Source: Candidatus Omnitrophota bacterium (lineage in GTDB: Bacteria; Omnitrophota; Gorgyraeia; Zapsychrales; Zapsychraceae). Taken from it: DNA of 64,000 bases. Both the position numbers and the translations under genes were made by a program. The DNA lies in assembly GCA_020429915.1 (NCBI GenBank), contig JAGQKV010000003.1:2442-66441 (forward strand). The letters are read 5' to 3'. The notes under the pieces are model-generated. The model saw nothing but the letters and a program-made list of their open reading frames with translations, did not search any database and was not told the origin of the DNA. How positions within the stretch are numbered: position 1 is the stretch's first letter; each line of letters begins with the position of its first letter. Positions 9,510 through 18,330 of this stretch are shown one piece after another.

Positions 9510-9644
9510 ATGGGCAAATCCGGAAAAAAACCACGCACGAAGTTCGATGCCAAGAAATTCGAGGCAGGTGCGGACAACGAACGGAAGAAGGAAAAAGACT
9601 GGGGGTTTGACGAGATCGCCCGGTCCAAGACCAAACGGCGGTAA
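9510..9644 (+). CDS. Small basic protein (44 aa) not in the ORF track, translationally coupled to the downstream glycosylase gene
   Basis: An AGGAGG Shine-Dalgarno 5 nt upstream of ATG 9510. The product MGKSGKKPRTKFDAKKFEAGADNERKKEKDWGFDEIARSKTKRR ends in TAATG, which overlaps the ATG at 9644. Confidence 0.4.
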   Translation: MGKSGKKPRTKFDAKKFEAGADNERKKEKDWGFDEIARSKTKRR

Positions 9645-10408
9645 TGCCCCGGGCTGTCATCCACACATTCTACCAGCGGCTTTACGAAACCTTCGGTCCC
9701 CAGCACTGGTGGCCGGGGGAGACCCCGTTTGAAGTCATCATCGGGGCCATCCTTACGCAAAATACCAACTGGCGCAACGTGGAGCGCGCCCTCACCAACT
9801 TAAAGAATCACAAGGCGCTGACACCCCGGGCCCTGCGGCGCATGCCGGCGGGGGACCTGGCGGCGCTCATCAGGCCGGCCGGCTATTTTAACGTCAAGGC
9901 CCGGCGGGTGAAGAACTTTATTGATTACCTTTATCACAATTACAACGGGGACTTGACATGTATGGCCACCGTTCCGACTCGCGAACTGCGCGCGGAGATT
10001 TTGACCGTTAACGGGATCGGTCCGGAGACCGCGGATTCCATTTTATTGTACGCCTTTGACCGTCCGGTTTTTGTGATCGACGCGTACACCAAACGCGTCC
10101 TCTACCGGCACGGGTTGATCGACCGCGACGCGGATTACCCCGCCATGCAGGACTTATTCGTGCGGCATTTGGATGAGGACCGGCAGTTATTTAACGAGTA
10201 TCACGCGCTGATTGTCAGGATCGGAAAGGATTTCTGCAAACCGGTGCCGCGCTGCGAACAATGTCCGTTGAACGGCATTTCCTATTCGCTTCGCGATCGC
10301 TGCGAACGCTGTTTCCGGGTCTTGCAGAATGCGGGACAACGCGGGAAGAGGAGTCAGGGCGGCTCGGTGTGCGGCGGTTGTCAGGTGCCAGGGGCGTCTT
10401 CGCGATGA
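9644..10408 (+). CDS. HhH-GPD superfamily base-excision glycosylase (endonuclease III-related) with C-terminal Cys cluster
   Basis: N-terminus FGPQHWWPGETPFEVIIGAILTQNTNW (EndoIII-like), an HhH region, and a C-terminal CKPVPRCEQC...C motif. Confidence 0.75.
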   Translation: MPRAVIHTFYQRLYETFGPQHWWPGETPFEVIIGAILTQNTNWRNVERALTNLKNHKALTPRALRRMPAGDLAALIRPAGYFNVKARRVKNFIDYLYHNYNGDLTCMATVPTRELRAEILTVNGIGPETADSILLYAFDRPVFVIDAYTKRVLYRHGLIDRDADYPAMQDLFVRHLDEDRQLFNEYHALIVRIGKDFCKPVPRCEQCPLNGISYSLRDRCERCFRVLQNAGQRGKRSQGGSVCGGCQVPGASSR

Positions 10409-10563
10409 TATTTCAGCCACTCCTCGCTGTGATTCTTGATCCAGTCGATGGCCGCCGTGGCGAAGCCGATATCACGGCCTTTTTTTTCGCTTTCAATCCA
10501 TTTATGCTTGCGGATTTCTTCCCGCACTTTTTCATTGGAGAAGAAAGGGGACTTCTCAAACAT
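10381..10563 (-). CDS. Small conserved protein of unknown function (60 aa); convergent with the glycosylase gene and overlapping its 3' end by 28 nt
   Basis: AAGGAG SD 7 nt upstream of the ATG (reverse strand). Product MFEKSPFFSNEKVREEIRKHKWIESEKKGRDIGFATAAIDWIKNHSEEWLKYH has a conserved-looking W/G/D pattern. Confidence 0.5.
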   Translation of the reverse strand: MFEKSPFFSNEKVREEIRKHKWIESEKKGRDIGFATAAIDWIKNHSEEWLKYHREDAPGT

Positions 10564-10596
10564 GACAGAACTCCTTTCCGCGATTGGGGAATTTTT

Positions 10597-10624
10597 AGTA
10601 TACTAAACTCACAGGATTTTTCAA
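10597..10624 (-). promoter_or_regulatory. Candidate sigma70 promoter (TTGAAA-16-TATACT on the minus strand) for the small convergent gene
   Basis: Reverse complement of 10597-10624 reads TTGAAAaatcctgtgagtttagTATACT. It is in an AT-rich divergent intergenic region shared with rmuC. Confidence 0.3.
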
Positions 10625-10706
10625 TCCTTGATATAAAAAATCAGGCAGAATCGGAATTATCGGAAGCGCGCGGCGGCTCCGTTTTCCGTCGACAAAGGAC
10701 ATCCGT

Positions 10707-11912
10707 ATGACCATCGCCATAGTCATCTTGTTAATTGCCAACACCTTGCTGTTGTTATTTCTGTTAACGCAGATGAACAACCGCCGGCAGGAACAGGACC
10801 GCATCGAACGCAATATCCGCGAAGAGATGGCGGCCAACCGCAAGGAGCTGGGGGATAATCTCGGCAAGTTTTCCGAACAATTTCTCCGGCTGACCCAAAT
10901 GAACGAGGAAAAGCTGGAGCGGGTGCGCGATACCCTGCAAAAAAACCTGCAGTCCCTGCAGGAGGACAATAATCAGAAATTGGAAAGAATGCGCGAGACC
11001 GTGGATGAGAAGCTGCAGTCCACCCTAGAGAAGCGGCTGGGCGATTCCTTCAAGCTGGTCAGCGACCGTTTGGAACAGGTCCACAAGGGCCTGGGCGAGA
11101 TGCAGAATCTGGCGACCGGGGTCGGGGACCTGAAGAAGGTGCTGACCAACGTCAAGACCCGCGGGACGTGGGGAGAGATCCAGCTGGAGAATCTGCTCGA
11201 CCAGATCCTCACGCCGGACCAGTACGAAAAGAATGTAGCCACCAAGAAAGGCAGCCGCGATCCGGTCGAATTCGCCATTAAACTGCCCGGCCAGGACGAC
11301 GGCACGGCGGTGTACATTCCGATCGACGCCAAGTTTCCCAAGGAAGACTATGAACGCTTACTGGCCGCGCAGGAACAGGCCGACCCGGCGGCTGTGGAGG
11401 AATTCGCCAAGGCCATCGAAAACCGCATCAAGGCGGAAGCAAAAAAGATCCGCGAGAAATACATCGATCCGCCCAACACCACGGATTTCGGAATTCTGTA
11501 TTTGCCCATCGAAGGGTTGTATGCCGAGGTGCTGCGCCGGCCGGGACTGACCGATGCCCTGCAGCGCGACTACCGCATCACCGTGGCCGGGCCGACGATC
11601 ATAGCCGCGCTGCTGAATTCCCTGCAGATGGGCTTCCGCACGCTGGCGGTCGAAAAGCGCGCCAGCGAGGTATGGACGCTGCTGGGCACAGTGAAGAAAG
11701 AGTTCGGAAAATTCGGCGATATTCTCGAGAAGACGCAGAAAAAGCTTCAGGAAGCGTCCAACACGATCGAACAGGCCGGCCGCAAGAGCCGCAATATTGA
11801 ACGTAAACTCGGCAAGGTCCAGGAACTGCCGTCCACCCCCCAAGAGGAGATTCCATCTGTTGATGACTTCGAAGACACGCAACTCTTTGACGACTCGCCC
11901 ACTGTTCGATGA
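10707..11912 (+). CDS. rmuC: DNA recombination protein RmuC
   Basis: N-terminal TM, a long coiled coil, and the conserved C-terminal RmuC region (GTWGEIQLENLL, ILYLPIEGLYAE, ITVAGPTIIAALL). Confidence 0.85.
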   Translation: MTIAIVILLIANTLLLLFLLTQMNNRRQEQDRIERNIREEMAANRKELGDNLGKFSEQFLRLTQMNEEKLERVRDTLQKNLQSLQEDNNQKLERMRETVDEKLQSTLEKRLGDSFKLVSDRLEQVHKGLGEMQNLATGVGDLKKVLTNVKTRGTWGEIQLENLLDQILTPDQYEKNVATKKGSRDPVEFAIKLPGQDDGTAVYIPIDAKFPKEDYERLLAAQEQADPAAVEEFAKAIENRIKAEAKKIREKYIDPPNTTDFGILYLPIEGLYAEVLRRPGLTDALQRDYRITVAGPTIIAALLNSLQMGFRTLAVEKRASEVWTLLGTVKKEFGKFGDILEKTQKKLQEASNTIEQAGRKSRNIERKLGKVQELPSTPQEEIPSVDDFEDTQLFDDSPTVR

Positions 11913-12588
11913 TTTTTTCCCGGAAAATGTGACGGTCCTGGTCAGCACCCGCGACGAGGACTTTATGTTGCATCATCCCGAGGACCCTTTTTCCCTAAGC
12001 CAGCAGGACGCTCTGCGCGCTGGCGCCGGATTGGATCCCCGCCGGATCTGTAACGTCAGGCAGGTGCACGGCCACCGGATTATCAGCTTCCACGAACCCG
12101 TGCTTCCGCTGGCCGAGGCCGACGGACTGATCACCGATATTCCCGGCTTGGGACTGGCGGTACGTACCGCCGATTGCCTGCCGTTGATTTTGCATGACCC
12201 CCGGATCCCGGCGGTGGGCCTGGTCCACGCCGGTTGGCGGGGCACCGCGGCGCGGATCGGTCCGGCTGCCGTGGCGGCGATGGCCGCGGCTTATGGAACC
12301 GATCCGGGGCGTCTGCAGGTCGCTTTCGGTCCGTGCATCCGGATGCATCAGTATGAAGTCGGTCCGGAGTTCCAGGAAATCTTTCCGGACGAGGTCAGTC
12401 TGATCAGCGGCCGCCTGTACTTCGACTTGGCGTTGGCCAACCGGCGCCAGCTGCGGCAAGCGGGCGTCCGTCCCGAAAACATCGTCGACTGCGGGATTTG
12501 CACCTTCGCCGACACGCACTATCACTCGTTCCGGCGCGACGGCGAGTCGGCCGGGCGGATCCTGACCATCGTTCAAATTAAGGAGTAA
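11863..12588 (+). CDS. pgeF: Peptidoglycan editing factor PgeF / YfiH (DUF152, laccase-domain purine nucleoside enzyme). Start chosen at ATG 11863; the track ORF begins at 11797.
   Basis: Motifs VLVSTRD, QVHGHRII, AVRTADCLPLIL and VHAGWRGT. It overlaps the rmuC 3' end. Confidence 0.8.
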   Translation: MTSKTRNSLTTRPLFDDFFPENVTVLVSTRDEDFMLHHPEDPFSLSQQDALRAGAGLDPRRICNVRQVHGHRIISFHEPVLPLAEADGLITDIPGLGLAVRTADCLPLILHDPRIPAVGLVHAGWRGTAARIGPAAVAAMAAAYGTDPGRLQVAFGPCIRMHQYEVGPEFQEIFPDEVSLISGRLYFDLALANRRQLRQAGVRPENIVDCGICTFADTHYHSFRRDGESAGRILTIVQIKE

Positions 12589-12591
12589 CTC

Positions 12592-12915
12592 ATGTACATC
12601 GTGGTGCTGATGACCTGTCCCAATGCCGATGAGGCGAAAACGATCGTGGACACATTGCTCAACGAGAAACTCATCGCCTGCGCCAATCTGGTGAACCCGG
12701 TCCGTTCGTTATACTGGTGGGATGGGAAAGTCAATAGCGACGAGGAGGTTTTGGTCGTGATGAAAACCCGGCAGGACCTTTTTGCCGGCCTGGAAAAGAC
12801 GGTCAAGCCGCTGCACAGTTACTCGGTGCCGGAGATCATCGCGTTACCGATCGCGGCCGGGAACCAGGACTATCTCGACTGGATCGATCAATCCACGGGA
12901 GGAAACGAAGGATGA
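12592..12915 (+). CDS. cutA: Divalent-cation tolerance protein CutA
   Basis: 107 aa. MYIVVLMTCPN...LIACANL...SLYWWDGKV pattern typical of CutA1. Confidence 0.85.
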   Translation: MYIVVLMTCPNADEAKTIVDTLLNEKLIACANLVNPVRSLYWWDGKVNSDEEVLVVMKTRQDLFAGLEKTVKPLHSYSVPEIIALPIAAGNQDYLDWIDQSTGGNEG

Positions 12916-13424
12916 ACAGACGCTGGAAAGGATTGGCCGGCATTCTGCTGGGAGCCGCACTGCTGACGGCTGCCGTGCCGGTGGCGGGCATGGACCCGTT
13001 GTTGCTGCGCGGCCCCAACCCGCTGATCGGCAAACCGTTGGCTGATTTTGAAATACACGATATCGAAGGGAAAAAGAAAACCTTCTCCGCCATGCGCGGC
13101 GACAACCGGGTCATCATGATATTCTGGGCCACCTGGTGCCCGCACTGTCGTACCCAACTCGACGTGATCCGGCGCAACCACCAAAAGTTGATAGACAGCG
13201 GAGTGACGATGATGCTGGTCAACGTGGGGGAGAGCCGTGATCAGGCCCGGGCGTACCTGGTGAATGCGGGACTGCCGCTGAAGGAAGGGTATTTGGATCA
13301 AGACGGTTCGGTTTCGAACAAACTGGGCATCAACGGACTGCCGACGTATATCTTCGTGGACGAAAACGACGTGGTCGCCGCCGTCCAGCATCAACTGCCG
13401 CAGACATTGAGCGAGGTTTACTAA
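12912..13424 (+). CDS. Periplasmic thiol:disulfide oxidoreductase, TlpA/ResA-like thioredoxin fold
   Basis: Signal peptide and a WATWCPHC active site. Confidence 0.8.
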   Translation: MNRRWKGLAGILLGAALLTAAVPVAGMDPLLLRGPNPLIGKPLADFEIHDIEGKKKTFSAMRGDNRVIMIFWATWCPHCRTQLDVIRRNHQKLIDSGVTMMLVNVGESRDQARAYLVNAGLPLKEGYLDQDGSVSNKLGINGLPTYIFVDENDVVAAVQHQLPQTLSEVY

Positions 13425-13429
13425 CGAAC

Positions 13430-15013
13430 CTATTGGCTTGTGCTCTGCCGCGCCTGTTGTTCGGCCTGGCGGCGGGCGAGGTTGTTGTCGAGGTTGGATT
13501 CCACCCGCAGGATGGTCATGAACTCGGTAAAGGTCTGATTTTTGCGTTCCTGCAGCAGGGCTTCTTCGATGGCGGCACGCTGCTCGGGCAGCTTTTCGGG
13601 ATCGGCCGGTGTCTTGTTATCCAGATATAAAATGGCAAAACCCTTGGTTTGGTCGATCACCTCGCTGATGGGGGCCTCCTTGGTGAGGTCGAAGGCCGCG
13701 TTTTCAAATTCCTTGGAGATCCCGATAATCGGCAGGTATTGCCCGCGGCTGAAATCCGGCGACTGATAGAGATTGAGGCCGAGGTCCTTGGCCAGCTGCG
13801 CGAAATCCGCGGCCGGGCTTTCGGCAAATGCCGCTGTTATTTTCTCCCGCGCTTCCCGTGTCTTTTCCTTGGCCACTTCCCTGGCCTTCTCCAGTAAATA
13901 AGAATCCTTCACTTTGTTTTTCACTTCCTCGTAGTCCGGAATATACGCGTCGCGGCGTTCGGTCACGTTGACCAGGACCATGCCGTTGGGGGTTTCGAAC
14001 GGTTCCGGGATCGTGTCGGTGGTCAGGCGGAATACATCCTGAAACATCTCGAACGGCCAGCCGAGGCTCATGTCGGGTTGGTCGATGTTGAAGAAACCGG
14101 TCTCCTTGATCTCCAGTGAGTTGGCTTCGGCCACCTCGCGCAGGTTCGGATTGATCAGGGTTTCGGTATAGATCTCGTCCGCCCGGTCACGGATTGCCTG
14201 CTGAGCCGCAAAATCATCGTCCTCTTCGCCGGCGAGGGGATCGTCGATATCGTCGGCCGGTTCGTTATCCAGCGACAGTTTCATGTCCAGTTCCTCCGGT
14301 TCCTTATCGGGGAAGGGGAGGAGGACGTACTCGACGTTGATCGCGGCCGGGATCATGAAGGCCGGGGGATTGGCTTCGTAATGCGCGCGCGCGCCCGCTT
14401 CGTCGTACATGTCTTCATTCTTGTACTTATCGGGCTCCACCAGGACATAACTCACCTGGACCTTCTGATTGCGCTGCTGGTATTCCGCGGCGATTTCGTC
14501 CGCGGACACGTGGACGTCCCGTGTGGCTTGGTCGTAGAGCAGCTGCATTTTCAGATTTTCCCGGATGCCTTCCTCAAAATCGCGCGGATTGACGCGCAGG
14601 TATTTGAGGACCTGTTCATACATGATGCTGTCGAAGTGTCCGTTGCGGTGAAAGTTCTGGTTCTCCTGAATACTCTTGATGACCATGTCATCGTAAACCT
14701 TGATCTTGCGCTTGTTCGCTTCGTGCAGCAGGATTAATCGGTCCCAGGTCCGGGATTCCAGATTGAGGTACGGTTTCAGCTCATGGAACTTGTCCCCGTA
14801 TTGCATGAGGGACTGGATTTCCACGTTGCGATAGGCATCCAGGAAATCGGAGCGGGATACTGTTTGGCGGAATATTTTACCGGCGATATCGGGGTTGCCT
14901 TTACCCGTGATCAGGTAGGCCGTCCCGAAGAATCCGAATGAGAGGATGATCAGGATCGCGACCGCCCAGATAAACTTCTTCTTCAATTCCTTGTTACGAA
15001 AGAGTTTCAGCAT
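13430..15013 (-). CDS. ppiD: Periplasmic chaperone / peptidyl-prolyl isomerase PpiD-like (SurA-like)
   Basis: N-terminal TM anchor (FIWAVAILIILSFGFFGTAYLI), a long chaperone domain and a parvulin-like region. Product is 527 aa. Confidence 0.75.
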   Translation of the reverse strand: MLKLFRNKELKKKFIWAVAILIILSFGFFGTAYLITGKGNPDIAGKIFRQTVSRSDFLDAYRNVEIQSLMQYGDKFHELKPYLNLESRTWDRLILLHEANKRKIKVYDDMVIKSIQENQNFHRNGHFDSIMYEQVLKYLRVNPRDFEEGIRENLKMQLLYDQATRDVHVSADEIAAEYQQRNQKVQVSYVLVEPDKYKNEDMYDEAGARAHYEANPPAFMIPAAINVEYVLLPFPDKEPEELDMKLSLDNEPADDIDDPLAGEEDDDFAAQQAIRDRADEIYTETLINPNLREVAEANSLEIKETGFFNIDQPDMSLGWPFEMFQDVFRLTTDTIPEPFETPNGMVLVNVTERRDAYIPDYEEVKNKVKDSYLLEKAREVAKEKTREAREKITAAFAESPAADFAQLAKDLGLNLYQSPDFSRGQYLPIIGISKEFENAAFDLTKEAPISEVIDQTKGFAILYLDNKTPADPEKLPEQRAAIEEALLQERKNQTFTEFMTILRVESNLDNNLARRQAEQQARQSTSQ

Positions 15014-15221
15014 GAGGGCTCCTCAATATTTATACTTGTCAAATGTCGTTTTTCTGATATATTGGGGCATCCGCGGGCGCGGCGCCGGAGGTTTTAACCA
15101 CGGATTATAACCACGAATACCGTGTTTGACAAGGAATTTTCGGATCCGGGGGAGGTTCCCGGCCGTGCTTGCCCACAGAGAGCATTAATATTATACTTGG
15201 TGTGTGTCTTGTTGAAATGTC

Positions 15222-15250
15222 TTTACAAGCCAATTCGCCGCGGTTATAAT
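15222..15250 (+). promoter_or_regulatory. Consensus-like sigma70 promoter TTTACA-17-TATAAT upstream of hisG
   Basis: TTTACA at 15222-15227, a 17 nt spacer, TATAAT at 15245-15250. It lies in the divergent ppiD/hisG intergenic region. Confidence 0.45.
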
Positions 15251-15297
15251 GAAGCTCTTTTTACGCTATCACCGACGAAAGTGAAGACGCTAACCAT

Positions 15298-16173
15298 ATG
15301 AAGAAACTGAAATTAGGCCTGCCGAAAGGCAGTCTGCAAGACGCAACGATAAAGATTTTCGAACGGGCCGGTTTTAAAATTGTGGTACGCAGCCGCTCGT
15401 ATTTTCCCAACATTGACGATGCCGAGATCGAACCGGTTCTGCTGCGCGCTCAGGAAATGAGCCGCTACGTTGAAGACCGCACGCTCGACTGCGGGATCAC
15501 CGGGGCCGACTGGGTCCTGGAGAACGGCTCCAAGGTCAAATCGCTGGCCGAACTGCAATATTCCAAGCAGACCGAAAACAAGGTCCGCTGGGTCCTGGCC
15601 GTGCCGGAGAGCTCGAAGATCAAGTCGGTAAAGGATTTGGCCGGCAAGAAAATCGCCACGGAGGTCGTCGGCATCACCAAGAAGTATCTCAAGCAGCACA
15701 AGGTCCAAGCCGATGTCGAGTTCAGTTGGGGAGCCACCGAAGCCAAGGTCACCTCGGGCTTGGTCGACGCGATCGTCGAATTGACTGAGACCGGCAGCAG
15801 TCTGCGGGCGAACAAACTGCGCATCGTGGAAACGCTGTGCGAATCGAACACTCAGTTCATTGCCAACAAGGAGGCCTGCGCCGACGACTGGAAGCGGTCC
15901 AAGATGGAACAGATCATCATGCTGCTCCACGGCGCGCTGGCGGCCAGCAACATGGTCGGCCTGAAGATGAATATCCTGGAGAAGAATTTCGAGAAGGTCC
16001 GCAGTTTGCTGCCTTCTCTTAAAGAACCAACCGTGTCGCACTTGAGCGATCCGAAATGGCTGGCGGTCGAAACGGTCATCAGCGAGAATGTCGTCCGGGT
16101 CCTGATCCCGCGTCTGAAGATGGCGGGGGCGGAGGGAATTATAGAATATCCATTGAACAAACTCATCCACTAG
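15298..16173 (+). CDS. hisG: ATP phosphoribosyltransferase, long form (HisG with C-terminal regulatory domain)
   Basis: [19 protein letters not shown], and a length of 291 aa consistent with the long form. Confidence 0.85.
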   Translation: MKKLKLGLPKGSLQDATIKIFERAGFKIVVRSRSYFPNIDDAEIEPVLLRAQEMSRYVEDRTLDCGITGADWVLENGSKVKSLAELQYSKQTENKVRWVLAVPESSKIKSVKDLAGKKIATEVVGITKKYLKQHKVQADVEFSWGATEAKVTSGLVDAIVELTETGSSLRANKLRIVETLCESNTQFIANKEACADDWKRSKMEQIIMLLHGALAASNMVGLKMNILEKNFEKVRSLLPSLKEPTVSHLSDPKWLAVETVISENVVRVLIPRLKMAGAEGIIEYPLNKLIH

Positions 16174-16194
16174 AGGTAAGATTAAGGTAAACGT

Positions 16195-16296
16195 ATGCCG
16201 TGCGGTAAGAAAAGAAAAAAAAGAAAAATCAGAACGCATAAGCGTAAAAAGCTCAGAAAGTCCCTGAGACACCTGAAGAAACGCGACTGGAAGTAA
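16195..16296 (+). CDS. Small highly basic protein (33 aa), bS22-like; not in the ORF track
   Basis: AGGT SD then ATG 16195. Product MPCGKKRKKRKIRTHKRKKLRKSLRHLKKRDWK resembles the KKRKKR..KHRKLL..R pattern of the ribosomal bS22 / DUF4295 family. It sits between hisG and the TPR gene. Confidence 0.45.
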   Translation: MPCGKKRKKRKIRTHKRKKLRKSLRHLKKRDWK

Positions 16297-16344
16297 TTCC
16301 GGTCTCCGATCCCAACACAGGCACGATCAACAAAGGCGGGTCCC

Positions 16345-17373
16345 ATGCCAAAAGCGATAATGAAGTCACTCACGATCAGCTTCGGACTACTCTTGTTGAT
16401 GTGCGCTCCCGTTCGGACCGCCGACGCGTTTGTATTCCAGGACCGGATCGCGACCTATAAGGCCGTGGCGCATTATGCCATGGGCCAGGTGTTCGACTTG
16501 CTCGGCCAAACCACCAAGGCCGTTCAGGAATACGAAATGGCCGCGCAATTCGACGAGGCGAGCTATCTGATCCACCTCCGCCTGGGGGCGGATTACGCCC
16601 GTCTGGACATGCTTACCAAGGCCAAAGATGAGCTCCAGCTGGTCGGCAAATACAATCCGGATGACCTGCAGTCCCACTATCTGCTTGCCCTGATCCATTC
16701 CACCGAAAAAGATTACGACGCCGCCGCCCACGAGTATGAATACATCCTCAAGACTTTTTCCGAGGCGGAACCCGGTAATATCGAGATCTACGGCTACCTC
16801 GGCCAGCTTTACTATTCCCAAAAGAAGTATAAGAATGCGATTGAGCAGTTCGAGAAAATTTTACAGCTTGAGCCGGACAATCCCGACGTACTGTACCTGC
16901 TCGGTTCGCTCTATCTGGAGATCGACGATCAGCGCAAGGCCATCGAGATGCTGAAGGAATCGATCAAGATCAAACCGAATCACGACGGGAGTTTGAACAC
17001 CCTGGGTTATATCTACGCCGAGAGCAATCAAAATCTTGCCGAGGCCGAATCACTGGTCCTGCAGGCACTCGAGGAAAGCCCGAACAACGGCGCTTACCTG
17101 GACAGCCTCGGGTGGGTTTACTACAAGCGCGAGAAATACCAGGAAGCGCTGGACGCCTTCGAGCGGGCGAATGCGGTTATGAAAGACCCGGTGATCTACG
17201 AACATATGGGCGACGTTTATTACAAACTCAATCAGTTTGAGAAGGCGATCGAATACTGGGAGTTGTCGCTGGATCTGTTGCCCGACCAGAAGTCCGTGAT
17301 CAAGAAGATCGACGCCGCCAAGAGCATTCAGGTCCGCAATACCGAGGAATCTTCCGAGGTTGACTCTCAGTAA
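16345..17373 (+). CDS. Secreted TPR-repeat protein
   Basis: Signal peptide (LLLLMCAPVRTADA) and multiple TPR repeats (YEMAAQFD, YEYILKTF, FEKILQLEPDNPD, FERANAV, IEYWELSLDL). Confidence 0.7.
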   Translation: MPKAIMKSLTISFGLLLLMCAPVRTADAFVFQDRIATYKAVAHYAMGQVFDLLGQTTKAVQEYEMAAQFDEASYLIHLRLGADYARLDMLTKAKDELQLVGKYNPDDLQSHYLLALIHSTEKDYDAAAHEYEYILKTFSEAEPGNIEIYGYLGQLYYSQKKYKNAIEQFEKILQLEPDNPDVLYLLGSLYLEIDDQRKAIEMLKESIKIKPNHDGSLNTLGYIYAESNQNLAEAESLVLQALEESPNNGAYLDSLGWVYYKREKYQEALDAFERANAVMKDPVIYEHMGDVYYKLNQFEKAIEYWELSLDLLPDQKSVIKKIDAAKSIQVRNTEESSEVDSQ

Positions 17374-17381
17374 TCCGCGCA

Positions 17382-18287
17382 ATGCCCCAGATCTCCGTCA
17401 AAGCCCCTGCCAAAGTTAATCTTTATCTCAAAGTCATCGACAAACGTCCCGACGGGTTTCACAACATCGTCACCGTGTTCGAACGCATCAATCTGGTCGA
17501 CCGGTTGAGTTTCAAGACCAATCGCAGCGGCCGGATTGTCATCACCTGCGACCATCCGCACGTCCCCACGGGCCCCAAAAACTTGGTCTACCGCACCGCC
17601 GAAATTATCCGGAAGGAGTACGGCATCACCGCGGGGGTGGACGTTGCCATCGCCAAGGCCATCCCGGTGGCGGCCGGCCTGGCTGGCGGTTCGACCAATG
17701 CCGCCGCCGCCATCACCGGCCTGAACCGTTTGTGGGGGCTGAAAATGTCCCGGGATGAGATGGTGGACGTCGGCCGGCGCATAGGCAGCGACGTTCCGTT
17801 CTTTCTTTATGACGCCAGTTGGGGCCTGGGAACGGGCCGCGGAGACCGCATCCAAACCCTCCCGATCGGGCGCCGATTGTGGCACATTTTGGTGGTTCCC
17901 AAGATCAAAATGTATACTCCCAAAGTCTACGGGCACATAAAGATACCGAAAAACGGCCGGTCGCGGGCAAGGACTTCCCGGGGGGGGAGGAATATGTTGA
18001 CAAATATAGATGATAATGCTAATATTCTTCTTCACCACTTACCCAAAAGTGACGTTGCAACGATTAGTTCTTTGTTATATAACGACTTGGAGAAAGTTGT
18101 TGTACAGATTTGTCCGAAGATCAATAAACTAAAAGAGAGACTCAAGTCCTTGGGCGCGCAGGGTGTTACCGTTTCCGGTAGCGGCCCGAGCGTGTACGGG
18201 TTGACGGATTCCCAACAAGCAGCCAAGCAAATACAAGCCCACTTAGCGTCGCGTTATTCTCAGGTATTTGTCGTACGGACTCTATGA
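17382..18287 (+). CDS. ispE: 4-diphosphocytidyl-2-C-methyl-D-erythritol kinase
   Basis: AKVNLYLKV, a GHMP-kinase motif PVAAGLAGGSTNAAA, and C-terminal GSGPSVYGL. The 3' third is unusually AT-rich and contains a G8 run (about 17971-17978). Confidence 0.85.
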   Translation: MPQISVKAPAKVNLYLKVIDKRPDGFHNIVTVFERINLVDRLSFKTNRSGRIVITCDHPHVPTGPKNLVYRTAEIIRKEYGITAGVDVAIAKAIPVAAGLAGGSTNAAAAITGLNRLWGLKMSRDEMVDVGRRIGSDVPFFLYDASWGLGTGRGDRIQTLPIGRRLWHILVVPKIKMYTPKVYGHIKIPKNGRSRARTSRGGRNMLTNIDDNANILLHHLPKSDVATISSLLYNDLEKVVVQICPKINKLKERLKSLGAQGVTVSGSGPSVYGLTDSQQAAKQIQAHLASRYSQVFVVRTL

Positions 18288-18330
18288 TTCTTCGCCGGTG
18301 CCAGTAACCCGCGTAAGGGAAGGAGTGAAA

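Noticed and set aside
10261-10710. 149 aa + strand ORF spanning the glycosylase 3' end and the intergenic region
   Set aside because: It is a different frame from the glycosylase, runs through the promoter/intergenic AT-rich region, and has no RBS or motifs. It is likely spurious.
11797-11862. Upstream extension of pgeF to ATG 11797
   Set aside because: The conserved PgeF N-terminal pattern (P....V.VSTR) begins right after ATG 11863. The extension lies within rmuC and encodes an unconserved basic peptide.
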